Below, piece after piece: positions 25,301 through 29,993 of a DNA stretch of 64,000 nucleotides. This DNA comes from Patescibacteria group bacterium (GTDB lineage Bacteria; Patescibacteriota; UBA1384; XYA2-FULL-43-10; 1-14-0-10-43-13), in the NCBI GenBank assembly GCA_041671645.1, contig JBAZBD010000001.1:799234-863233 (forward strand), read 5' to 3'. Position numbers and translations under genes: made by a program. How positions within the stretch are numbered: position 1 is the stretch's first letter; every line of letters begins with the position of its first letter. Under the pieces are notes generated by a model. That model worked only from the letters and a program-made list of their open reading frames with translations, had not been told where the DNA came from and did not search any database.

Positions 25301-27273
25301 TCAGTATCAATCTTCATGTCAGACTTTGGCGCTGTCTCTTGCCAGACAAAGCTTGAATCCAAGCTGCCTTCGATCTTTTTGGCTTCGACTGCGACAACCT
25401 TGTCTTGGCCAGTCTCATCTTTGACGACTTCACCAGTTGAGGCATTTACATCAAAAGCTTCTGGCTTGTCTCTGAATTTGAGATCGTCTTTGACGACGAC
25501 AGTCTTGTTTTCTTTGGTCTCTGGGTCGGTGACGACAACACTTCCTTCTTTCCCGCCATCAGTCTTGGTCACATTCCACTGGAAATTCTTCGGCGCGTCT
25601 TCGCCCTTGATTGTCTTCCAGAGACGTACACCATACTCAGAGATGTCAAATTCAAATTTGAGGTTACCGTCATCGGTTGTGACCTGGCTATCCTCAGCCA
25701 AAATCTGTGGTGCAATCCATTTGGAAAGCGCGTTTCTGGTATCTTCGGCCATCTTCTGGTCAGGAGTGTTGATATCGGCCCAAGCCACTTTGCTGTCAGT
25801 TCCCTTTGATTTTGATAAAACTGGATTGCCATCGACGTCTTTCAGGGTCACCGTATATTTGTCGCCAGTTTGTCGAGACTCGATTTCATAGCCAATCTTG
25901 TCTTTGAAAACTTTGACAGTAGAGGGCATCTGGTCAAAAAGCACATATTCGGGCGTATCGATGGAATGATTTGGGTTGATATCCTTCCAGCTTGAGTCAG
26001 CCTTGGCATAATCTTCTTTGTAGTGGACAAGGCCGGTATAGGACTCTAGAGTCTTGGTGCCGTTCTTGTTGTCGATTGTCTTGGTAGTCTCTGTGCGATC
26101 AGCGACAATCTCATTTGGATTGGCCAAAATCTGGTCAGTGCCGTTGTTTGAAATAGTAGTATTCTTCTGGCCCTCTTCTTTGGCGATGACAAATGAATAT
26201 TCCTGGCTCCATGGCGACCAAGCGCCAACAGAGTCCTGATAGCGAACGCGAGAGTAGTAGGTTCCTTCGGTGAGTAGAGTTGTTAGCTTGATATTTGTCA
26301 GTTCGTCTTTGGGCTCTGTCTTTGTCTGATCGAAGATCGGAGAAGCATAATCGCCAGATTTGGTCGAAATCTGCCACTCTGAAGCGTTTTGCGTGTCATT
26401 GTCGATATCAAGATAAGAGCTAGCGCTTAGGGTCTGAGTATTTCTAAACAAGCTTTTGTCAGCAGTGAACGAGAGACCGGTTGGTGTATTTGGAAGTCTA
26501 GAGTAGAGCAAGGTCAAAGAGTGCAAAACAGGCGAAAGACTAGCGTCGCCAGTCGAAAGGGTCAAGCGTATGTAGAGAGTCTCGGAATCGGCCATCTCAA
26601 GGACATCGCTCGAAAACAAAATGTTGTCAGTAGAAAATTCCTTTTTGACAGCACCGCCGTTGAGTACTTCGCTGGCCTCGATCGAAAGCCAATCGACAAA
26701 CTCACCCTTGGCCGGGGTGTAGGCCAAAATCGCGTTGCCAGATTCCTGGTACTGATTTTGTGTAATATCTGAGTCTAACTTCGCACTTTGGGAAAGAGAG
26801 AGAGAATTGGGGTTATCGGCTGTCGAAAGTCCAGAAATAGTCCAACTCTGCCAAGCTTCCTGTGTGCCCCAAGCCACTTGTGAAGAGGCGAAAGTGCGAA
26901 TGACGCTGGTAGCAAAAACGGAGGTGAAGATAAGGGCCACGATGCCAGACATGTAGCCGGAGAGTGAAACCCAGTGAATTGCAGAAGCAAACGGGCTCAT
27001 GTGCCACTTGTAGTACCATCTGAATTTCATCCGAAGATTGTTGTGGAGGGTGGCGAAGACTGGAAAAGTAACCTTGGTCGAACGCTGGATCAAAATGATT
27101 TCACGTTCAAGCTGAGCTTCCTTCTTTTGGAGCTCTTTTTGCTTCTCCGCGACAATCACCTCTTCTTTGGTGAGACCTTCAATCGCTGCCTTGTCCTGAG
27201 GCAACAAAGTGTACTTCTCCAAAGGTGCTTTTTTGGAAAAATGACTGCGGAAAAATTTGCGTAGGCCCTTCAA
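7390..27273 (-). CDS. Giant (6627 aa) membrane-anchored multi-domain cell-surface protein. Domains: FN3, YVTN β-propeller, DUF285/BspA-like 25-aa repeats, InlB-B/Flg_new repeats, β-helix-like Gly/Thr/Asn repeats, and a C-terminal TM segment with CarboxypepD_reg-like domains.
   Basis: Single uninterrupted 19.9-kb ORF. N-terminal ~100-aa cytoplasmic segment, then a TM helix (MSGIVALIFTSVFATSVI). YVTN repeats (…GFVWVAN…SKIN…) fall in nt ~20480-21400. DUF285-type repeats (…MF…FNQNIS.WNT..VT.M…) in nt ~15440-15900. Flg_new-type ~70-aa repeats in nt 14880-15300 and 16380-17220. Duplicated FN3 modules and CVWDG…NW modules. C-terminus (nt ~7390-8700) has TM helices and GxFxFxxxPGKYEI-type carboxypeptidase-regulatory-like domains. 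Confidence 0.85.
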   Translation of the reverse strand: MKGLRKFFRSHFSKKAPLEKYTLLPQDKAAIEGLTKEEVIVAEKQKELQKKEAQLEREIILIQRSTKVTFPVFATLHNNLRMKFRWYYKWHMSPFASAIHWVSLSGYMSGIVALIFTSVFATSVIRTFASSQVAWGTQEAWQSWTISGLSTADNPNSLSLSQSAKLDSDITQNQYQESGNAILAYTPAKGEFVDWLSIEASEVLNGGAVKKEFSTDNILFSSDVLEMADSETLYIRLTLSTGDASLSPVLHSLTLLYSRLPNTPTGLSFTADKSLFRNTQTLSASSYLDIDNDTQNASEWQISTKSGDYASPIFDQTKTEPKDELTNIKLTTLLTEGTYYSRVRYQDSVGAWSPWSQEYSFVIAKEEGQKNTTISNNGTDQILANPNEIVADRTETTKTIDNKNGTKTLESYTGLVHYKEDYAKADSSWKDINPNHSIDTPEYVLFDQMPSTVKVFKDKIGYEIESRQTGDKYTVTLKDVDGNPVLSKSKGTDSKVAWADINTPDQKMAEDTRNALSKWIAPQILAEDSQVTTDDGNLKFEFDISEYGVRLWKTIKGEDAPKNFQWNVTKTDGGKEGSVVVTDPETKENKTVVVKDDLKFRDKPEAFDVNASTGEVVKDETGQDKVVAVEAKKIEGSLDSSFVWQETAPKSDMKIDTDVIYYPNTHTEVTSVDGYTYSSRSNWDWASIRSGGYSAADDGTSGDMAAIAAGNNAAWAYVSRSAFLFDTSSIPNTATISAANFSVYGAYKMGDPSGWNSSLGLYSSNPSSNTSLQASDYDTFGTTAFASAIPYASYNDMGYNDFAMNASGLAAISTSGVTKLGLRITADAADSQPTINADYDSVYFYGYFAENDGTALDPKLTVTYSGGNTISGTIYDGIGGSVLGADIPISITSNGGGKMSGVTGSGGTFSFSGVELVAGKPVTIFIDNDPSYNSGSIVYLPESAIDKTGLNMYRYKTTLYSDYTAGAITNADLAIADDCGCFSDFSVSGSTLSTMYDLYVTQYTMFTPGGNVNAYGMYNDGIVEMEANNLTLSSSFYQAGGEFNAGSGTHILATPTFSGGTFNANTSNLTLSNYQITVSTGATFNGDTATITMLNASFAMSGGTFTSTSGTLTITTDSNGYYSDYTWNISGGTFNNANGTFKIGSIPANSSYNPYTFTNVPPIYNYIYANTGDGTVGYSAGFTVSNDFSVTNGYLSPSYAVVVGRDAAISSGAYFSGSDITIGRNLTTTAGGTFSPYVVTFDTAQESVISGDNAPSSFTCATAGKTLSFAADSTQTISGALTIQGAAGNNIVMKLNGTAGSGQWKINANTSGMSPWTVDRVTYSDSNNLNSRPIAPTNSTASGSNNTNWLGSHISGTAYQGIGQGNVGSGQNVSASVNGGAKQTMATDGNGAFDFVAGGVTAGTVITIFFEDGNYSAGNIVTVAAGSSDITGLSLYSYLVSLTYEDSGPMTNTILATADNCSDANGKILFSVDGSNVLSTSYSLHIPASKVYTPGASVGSSGAYIYGTINATATFTSSDMGSFYVESGAVFNAGTGTVTVGGLYLNGGTFNSNSSTLVLNGYSTTIISGTFNSNTATVTIKSYNFYLYGGTFNAPAQVLTLDANDVATDFLFDMSGGGTFVNNDGAVWINNINSANTYYVKCGSNQFYQLSANSANGTVVTQDTLLVEHSLNITLANTFNAYGYNVETKHFAQDTGTFSAPNGTMKVSGDFIRDGGTFSNNYGTVELNSASLAQVVGGSTEFYNFTMTTSTARTISFNPGTNQTVTGQWTATGIADNLLTLQRNGTGAQWEITPSTSMDNQWTVDYVSVSNSKNNAANPISPTNWTKGVNVTNWDVLPGCVWDGGGTGNNWSTAENWTLDTVPDAACDVVFDSTSTKASTLDSGFTAHIKSLSINTGYTDTVTLGADLNDDGALNLAEGTLSAGNYTINIGGSWNNTGGTFTKGTSTVNFNGTAAATVASNSNDFYNITVAGQAGTISTPYAWIANSGATTTTKIDTSSNAVTTHTIGAAEFGVAVDNSGFIWQTNRSNGTLTKINASTNSVDASITIGSDPYGVAIDSNGFVWVASGTNNVAYKINPTTNAIAATVNVGARAYGIAADSSGFVWVANFNSNTVSKINATTDTVVATITVGTQPAGVAVDLNGFVWVPNYGTSDVSKINPTTNTVVATVSAGTNAFGVAADANGFVWVSNLGTNTVTKINTATNAVAATVTVGSAPCGVAVDASGFVWVTNSSANSVSKINGSTNVVAATINTGLAPYSLGDFTGYAYKKIVLSQGGTGSITLSDALVASNNLTVSSGTFTSGANAVTVGSFIQTDGTFAAPSTTMSVANDFTHTAGTFTHNSGTVVFNGGDSSIQDISGDTTFSAVTIQPGATTTKTLKFEASKTQTIAGALTVSGASGRVISLNSSSDGSTWSIDPQSTRAISYASVKDSINANATAIYTDNSGSNVTSAGNNVNWFASAPPNAASTVAITSIDSTLFTVTWTDNSSDETGFKVFTAAGNADCSAASYSGTPDYTTAADATSQAITGKTINTQYCAKVIATNADGDSDPAFAAPKYTLANTPDAPTVTAYDWSAASGNNMAAVINVNSNPAGTEFALSCNATPDSWLQGDGTCGASKVWKTKVNWETGTVNYLKNLTSNTLYSVKALARNGDTTETSASSAGTATSAPAQPASLTHTANTASQISWDWADVAGASSYRLLKSSDDSDVGSPSASAYDQGSLSANTQYTNYVRAYNGVLGQASSTASAYSSIEAASGITFGTIATDSIQVSATGTFTNLSVGSSGLYITKSAGTGTGFASWNTNNNTLTNTGLSPNTQYSYTAQARNGDGETTAATDSISKYTLAAAPDAPTLAASSASVINIKLTDNSSTTYAIAVSADGGSTWNYVKHADGTNQASEDWQNYAAWGGASGFDNVSLSPNVQYTYKVKARNGDNTETAFSSTAAKYTLANVPSAPTVDATSSSSLTVKINQNSNPAGTNYAVYNDTLSKYVQADGSSDTSAVWQDYTTWGGASGVTNTGLTANTEYTYKVKAKNGDNVETALSSGTAQTTVDVAPTEPNTVAIGTLTTTGFTVTWTDASSNETGFKVYTAAGNADCSAASYSGTPDYTTAAGAISQAITSKSINTQYCAKVIATNAIGDSAPAYAAPKYTLAAAPDAPTLAASSASVINIKLTDNSSTTYAIAVSADGGSTWNYVKHADGTNQASEDWQNYAAWGGASGFDNVSLSPNVQYTYKVKARNGDNTETAFSSTAAKYTLANVPGTPTFGTVTSTTIPVLIAQNSNPSNTTYAIKVVYGATTKYVQANSTLGDSAVWQAYATWGSSKTVTGLTANTLYTFSVAATNGDSVATAYSATADQSTLAVYTLTYNSGANGSVIGSSPQTVDHGSSGSEVVATPAANYHFVKWSDNDSTNPVRTDTNVTANITTTASFAIDTHTLAYSAGANGSIVGTTPQTIDHGASGSEVTATPAANYHFVSWSDDVMTAARTDSNVAGDIAVTASFAIDTHTLTYSAGANGSIVGTTPQTVDHGSSGSEVTATPAANYHFVSWSDDVMTAARTDLNVADNISVTATFAINTYTLTYNAGSNGSVVGTSPQTVDYGANGSQVTATPAAGYYFVDWSDANTTAARTDTNVTVDITVTANFALQFLSRWDTSKTSSGSSTATQIHLPLESTGTYNFIVDWGDSSTSTITTWNQAETTHTYASGGIYDLKIGGTITGFRFNNAGDKLKLSQISQFGPLRLGNSDGYFSGTKNLKITATDVLNTTGTTTMKNSFRDSGIDTVPSMNSWDMSAVTDMYCMFESSSLFNQDISSWNTGAVTSMYAMFYNAFVFNQNIGSWNTTNVINMAYMFESAWAFNQNISSWNTGSVTTMREMFWNNSAFNQNISNWNTGAVTNMNQMFYSAAAFNQNLASWNVVNVTDMTNMFSSSALSNANYSNILIGWSAQAVKSNVTLGAATKKYTLGAAADGRAHLVSAHTWTITDGGPSAFVLTYSAGSGGSIVGITPQTVDYGANGSEVTATPAANYHFTSWSDGVLTAARTETNVITDKSVTASFAIDTHTLTYSAGANGSVVGSTPQTVNYGANGSQVTATPAANYHFVSWSDDVMTAARTDSNVAGDIAVTASFALDAPASATGVTITPTSSTTFNVTWTDNSSIETGYKVYTADGNADCSAASYSGTPDTTTSADAVSQAIASKSVNTQYCAKVVATNSGGDSAPAYAAPKYTLANVPTFTTVAGDYSDADLWHLDTTINASANPAGTNYYIQYSTNDGAGAGNFYDPNAMAWQTETTYLFKKDKDNVDLAANTQYWMKVKAKNGDNVETIYTSTSVADVTPPAAPTALNITNICTTKATTTWTAATGADSYTVSYGTDTAATNIGTLTTATTSKQITGLSNTTTYYWKASATSTANGTGPYAAPSSFETSNCGVESPDDFAGSAASTTQINWTWSDITSEETGYKVEDSAHTSLSGNLDAGSTSYNETPLSANTGYTRHVNVYNGGGSQDSNSDTVYTLAAVPGQPTVTTLSSSRIRITVDKNGNPNANTRYAIAVSADAGSTWNYVKNADGTTQVSEDWQLYADWGGDSGFANTGLTKNTNYIYKIKARNGDNVATDFGATNNTTTLDNFSVTISSDGSGSGSLDQVTQIVDAGADVTTTATAAASSDFVSWTGCDTVATNICYLTDVSADRSITAVFTIKTYTITINEAGTGTGDLDQVTQDVNYGANLTVVATADISSTFTGWSGDATGTGDASFTNITANKTITATFTIKTYTITINTTGTGMGDLDQATQTVNYGANLTVVATPAASSTFAGWSGDATGTGDASFTNITANKTITATFTIRSYTVTISKAGNGTGDLDQSTQVVTYGANLTVAATPAVSSDFTGWSGDAAGTGSAALTNITADKTITATFTLKTYTISSSAGSNGAISPLGDNLANYGTSPEYTITPSDGYYISNVVVDGSAISGTLPSSYTFTNVTATHSISVSFAANNTCVWDGQAADDNWSSADNWTANIIPSATCDVIFDATSTKDSTLDASFTSHIKSLSVNTGYSGTISANTTLNDDGDFTLNAGTFTANAQTLNIAGSLTMTADPTAVFNEGTSTINFNPTTTGKTITTNGQVLGNLIFNGVDAVIDPNVTLLNNNISLLANHTLTAGWTFQDNVSAQSLTANAGTLVDGGKSVNIAGDIIIANKVGVLASTGVWTQSSSGNIANPDMHNTFGSLVAAGSGITSTMTAGVSVGLGSGSAGAFTVGPGTLMGIGKAVIVYSRSNDSVTVNNLTADSRLGVLAIYPQIADMTQKAITLPSNFATTFSFQQDPTGILTATGNFNFGNSNVIVAKDRTTTPAGYVDMSTHNLTCKNLTIGSTSTNEYATIPGYLKLGSGTTNIAGSLSHGNASNIGNKLDLGSGTINVGGNWDTSNITVTPGTSTVDLTGTGTLQSKGYAAAPYDFYNLKLAHNGNTTNAISSVTTSNVLYTYAGGTLNGDNRYAFRMYKSDGDAVVNTGANFTASTFLVYRPSSDVTVAGQNFGQGSVAYSGVTNDVAITLSSDVTTTRDIYAYSITTGKRTTLNAVDNNLTARNLYLAYPVYGVGTANLGSGTHEFTNGIFRYTGSTDDTNVLNLESSSVSIGGNIDFTGMTVDPGTSTITLNGIGGQTVAGSNTFNNLSATASAARTISFASDTTQTVNGALSLNGTSAGNITLSRSGGTGTDQWKIDPKGSTSTSYLSVENSKNLSSAVIDPSNSINLGNTNKWFPPTGTISFSSARTNQIDQTLTLSSSTGTQMKVSNSPDFSGSEYETFSTSKSWTLAAPTVDGMKTVYLKVKDIDGDESPTASASIILDITAPSAPTNLTALSASASVSLSWVNPTDTDFANVAIFRSTEADFTPNIGTNKIAYTTLSSTATYIDSNVTSGVTYYYKVEAIDSVDNYSAASNQASGKPDSDKPTAPGKPTVSGKTNTIDNIEYYNQPAVTLTWPAATDTNSGILNYSIKICKTSGCANANDALSLSTLTSPSNSLTLDGASALADGTYYVRVAANDNLGNQFAWSEELTFILDTVLPSSLEKVEAFDISDRVNSDYRVMLRWKASTDTGSGLLGYTIVKNGNNIISESTSGVQVDASGYASYVDTVTPNTQFNYSVFSFDLAKNQTASMAAEFQTTTVVDCSGCVILPPDEPGEGTLEISDVKATPSELMSEKAQATITWKTTVPATTQVKYGASAPYPYTTEVDTGLNSFHTVVLSDLDFNKTYHFAVISKDKYGQTAESTDFTFATKDIFKEQSVLDTVISNLSGTAMKVRDIIGQMQIVGVNNSGQPVVFGIPTSTTTPASTAAVAGIAIISAAAAPLANAATLFSLPEYIRSLIFALASLGTKKSRRKWGRVLEVGTYIPIAQAKLTLFKLTQTFPGSFSKRPVANTYSDIEGNFSFVADPGKYEIEVTKDLYEVSEAPGFYKKGQIIEVKSEQEGLIVPNILLSMNDKSIAKRFSFIEKIGVVEKVLVYVSLGFLIFGTVSILNSLAHSHRDTVTLVSALLFPLLWYVNIKSFVKVSPWGNVLDSVNHSGVSLALVRIMDGEGKRLIRTAVTNEKGKFSTVLPKGKYKLLVAKAGYKPSDATHMDAQEKLQTVSRKIEIDRDK
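14880..15320. repeat. Tandem ~210-bp coding repeats (Flg_new/InlB-B-like) inside the giant gene, cluster 1
   Basis: Repeated DNA blocks, e.g. ...gttcgagccgcggtcatgacatcatcagaccag..., shared at about 85–95% with 16380-17220. Confidence 0.7.
16380..17220. repeat. Tandem ~210-bp coding repeats (Flg_new/InlB-B-like) inside the giant gene, cluster 2, four units
   Basis: Four consecutive units of about 90% identity at the DNA level (16380-16590, 16590-16790, 16790-16990, 16990-17220). Confidence 0.7.
17489..17828. repeat. 340-bp perfect direct repeat, copy A, encoding a duplicated FN3 module of the giant protein
   Basis: By my base-by-base reading, identical to 18413..18752. The flanks diverge immediately. 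Confidence 0.85.
18413..18752. repeat. 340-bp perfect direct repeat, copy B (924 bp from copy A)
   Basis: Identical to 17489..17828. Encodes APDAPTLAASSASVINIKLTDNSSTTYAIAVSADGGSTWNYVKHADGTNQASEDWQNYAAWGGASGFDNVSLSPNVQYTYKVKARNGDNTETAFSSTAAKYTLANVP twice. Confidence 0.85.
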
Positions 27274-27429
27274 CTTCCCTCCTGCGACAACCAGTCTTAT
27301 TATTATGAGTATATTTTAACAAGAGAAGTGAACTCGTTCAAGGGCAAAAGAGGGTCTTGGCTGTTGATAAGATACAGAAAAATAGAACAAATTTATTTGC
27401 CTCATATTTGTCTTTGCTAGACTAGATAA

Positions 27430-28158
27430 TTAGTAAATTTTCTTTTGCAAATTTTGACGGATTTTCCACGAATCAACTATCATTTTGAGCCCATCTTTCA
27501 ATGGGTTGACAGTCGAATGTGGATCATCGTGCCAGGTGATCCCCTCCTCCTTTATTTTGTATCCTAATTTTTTGGCAATAGCTAAAACTTCAATATCGAA
27601 AGAGAAGTCAAATATGGTCAGCTTCTCGAAAATCGCTCCGGCCGCCTCTTTCGAAAATAATTTGAAACCGCACTGTGTGTCTTTGATCCCAGGCGTCACA
27701 AGGGCTTGGATCATCCAGTTCAAAGCTCGGCTGCCCGCTCTTCGAGTGAATGACTGTGGGATGGCTAATTTGCCACCTTTGCAGTATCTGGAGCCGATGA
27801 CGACATCGTATTTATCGATATGGGCAAGAAGTTTGTCGACCTGTTCGATTGGGGTAGAATTATCAGCATCGGCGAATAACACATACTGGCCCTTTGCCAA
27901 TTTGATTCCGTCCTGCACTGCACCACCCTTCCCGCGGTTCTGTTCGCCTTCGTAGATCACCAGATTCGGAATTCTGTCCACAAAATGTTCGGCGGAGCCA
28001 ACCGTGTCATCAGGGGATGCATCAATTGCAACTATCGTTTCGACGATGAAGTCTTTGGTTTTAACATATTTTTCTATCGCTTCCAGAATAACGTGGATCC
28101 GTTTTTCTTCACGATATGCCGGAATCACAATTGATAAATAGATTTTCTCGTCCATCAA
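27430..28158 (-). CDS. GT2-family glycosyltransferase, dolichyl/polyprenyl-phosphate sugar synthase (DPM1/Ppm1-like)
   Basis: LSIVIPAYREE…; DAD motif (VLFADADNSTP); QCGFK. Soluble, ~240 aa, typical of polyprenol-P-hexose synthases. Overlaps the next gene by 4 nt. Confidence 0.7.
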   Translation of the reverse strand: MMDEKIYLSIVIPAYREEKRIHVILEAIEKYVKTKDFIVETIVAIDASPDDTVGSAEHFVDRIPNLVIYEGEQNRGKGGAVQDGIKLAKGQYVLFADADNSTPIEQVDKLLAHIDKYDVVIGSRYCKGGKLAIPQSFTRRAGSRALNWMIQALVTPGIKDTQCGFKLFSKEAAGAIFEKLTIFDFSFDIEVLAIAKKLGYKIKEEGITWHDDPHSTVNPLKDGLKMIVDSWKIRQNLQKKIY

Positions 28159-29993
28159 AGTCCTATTTTGTGATTAATATTTGGTCTGGGATAATCAAGA
28201 TATTTGATCGGATACGGAGATTTGGGCGGATGTTGCTTCAAGTCTTCCGGAGTAATGTTGTAGACCAGGATAGAGCCACCAATAATCGCCTTTGGCTTAA
28301 TATCGTCAAGCCAGTTGTACGACCATTTGCCCTCTTCTGGACCACGTAATTTTGACAATTGATAGAAAGTCGCAGAGACAGCCAACCAGCCCGTAGTGGG
28401 TCCGTAGCTAGAATGCCAGTCTGTACGACTTGGCAAGTAATAGGTGGGGACTGAACCGAAATAATCCACCTTAATATTCGTGATATTATTGTCGCCTACG
28501 TATTTCTTGAGTCGGAGAAAGTCCTGGCCCCAATCAAGTGAAGAGTCAACTAGCCTGGTGTAGCGCTTGTCTTTGGGGGTGAGTTCATTGAAATACGCGA
28601 TGAAATTAGGGAAATTTGAGATTGTTGAAACAGCTAAATATGCCAGAAGAATAACTAGGGCGATCTGCATCCGACCCAGTTTCCGCCAATTCCAGCTGGG
28701 ATTCACAATTGGATAAATTGCATAACCGATCATCAATAATACGAAGGGAATCGTTGGCATGAGATGACGAATACCAATGTTCAGCGAACCCTGCAATGTG
28801 ATAGCCCAGTAAATAACCCATGGCACGATTAGGAGCGAGAGCATCCATTTGATTTCTTTTTGCTTTGGCCAATTACGAATTATCGAATAAACAGAAAAGA
28901 AAAACATAGCTATGATTGGTAAGGGAGTTTTGAGCAACCAAGCGACCGGGAAATACCAGGGGATTGATTTGTCAGAAAGATGACCCCAAATAAAGGTTGC
29001 ATTGCCACCGCCAACACGGCCGATAACTAGGAATATTCCCAGGATATAGTGGCCAAGTGCTCGCAAGTACGGATTATTTTCAAATAAGTGGAGAAAGTTT
29101 CTAAGGGGCAAAGTCCTCGCATCGGACGTCATATTTGTGTCTATCAATTGATGCTCGATAGCAGGCGGAGTCTTCCAAACCAAAGGTAGGTAAACCAACC
29201 AGACGACCACCAATGAGATCAGACTGACATATACTAGAGGCATGAAATTTGCAACAAAATTATGCCGGAAGCCTTTCTCCTTTCTATCCAAAACGGCCCG
29301 AACTACCACGAGAATGAAGAAAATCGGGAACAGCAAAACCCCAGAAAACTTTAGGAGTTCAGCTATCCCGAGCGCAACTCCGGCAAGCAAAATGCTCGAC
29401 AAAGTTTTCTTAGTGACCGCCTTGTCAAAGGCATACGTCGCCAAGACAAAACCAAATGCCGCCGCTACGTCGGTAGTGACTAGCCGGCCGTGAGCGATGA
29501 CGTCAGGGTAAAGCGCATATAGGAAAAGGATGACTACGCCGACTTTCCAGCCGAAGAGCTCAATCGCCCACTTGAAGAGCAACAGGCCCAGCCCAATCAT
29601 GAGCAGCATCATCGGAAGTCTGGCAAGAGAGAATACTTCGGCAGGATCGTTGCCTTGACGATAAATCATGCTCCAGCCCGATTCCCATTGGTTTATGTCT
29701 TTGAAGCTTGAATCGTCCTCTGGACCCTTGATCTTACTATTCATGACGAGAGGAACACCGGCCAGAACTTTCGCCAGAGGCGGATGCTCTGGATTCAATC
29801 GATAATCTTGATCTTTTAAGTAGGTATAGCCAGCGGGAATATGTGCGATTTCATCGACAATAGCAGAATCACCCGGCGTGTTTCCGATCCCTCGGGAGGA
29901 AAATAGGGCGAGCAAGAACATAAACAGGAGAATCCCCGCAGGCACGAAATATTTATATTGTATTTTACTGCAGATCCTCTTTAGCAATTTCAT
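28155..29993 (-). CDS. GT-C-fold, polyprenyl-phosphate-sugar-dependent glycosyltransferase (PMT/ArnT-like, family 39/83)
   Basis: 612 aa with more than 10 TM helices. Conserved first-loop acidic motif DEIAHIPAGYTY and NPEHPPLAKVL, as in protein O-mannosyltransferases and ArnT. Paired with a DPM1-like GT2. Confidence 0.55.
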   Translation of the reverse strand: MKLLKRICSKIQYKYFVPAGILLFMFLLALFSSRGIGNTPGDSAIVDEIAHIPAGYTYLKDQDYRLNPEHPPLAKVLAGVPLVMNSKIKGPEDDSSFKDINQWESGWSMIYRQGNDPAEVFSLARLPMMLLMIGLGLLLFKWAIELFGWKVGVVILFLYALYPDVIAHGRLVTTDVAAAFGFVLATYAFDKAVTKKTLSSILLAGVALGIAELLKFSGVLLFPIFFILVVVRAVLDRKEKGFRHNFVANFMPLVYVSLISLVVVWLVYLPLVWKTPPAIEHQLIDTNMTSDARTLPLRNFLHLFENNPYLRALGHYILGIFLVIGRVGGGNATFIWGHLSDKSIPWYFPVAWLLKTPLPIIAMFFFSVYSIIRNWPKQKEIKWMLSLLIVPWVIYWAITLQGSLNIGIRHLMPTIPFVLLMIGYAIYPIVNPSWNWRKLGRMQIALVILLAYLAVSTISNFPNFIAYFNELTPKDKRYTRLVDSSLDWGQDFLRLKKYVGDNNITNIKVDYFGSVPTYYLPSRTDWHSSYGPTTGWLAVSATFYQLSKLRGPEEGKWSYNWLDDIKPKAIIGGSILVYNITPEDLKQHPPKSPYPIKYLDYPRPNINHKIGL

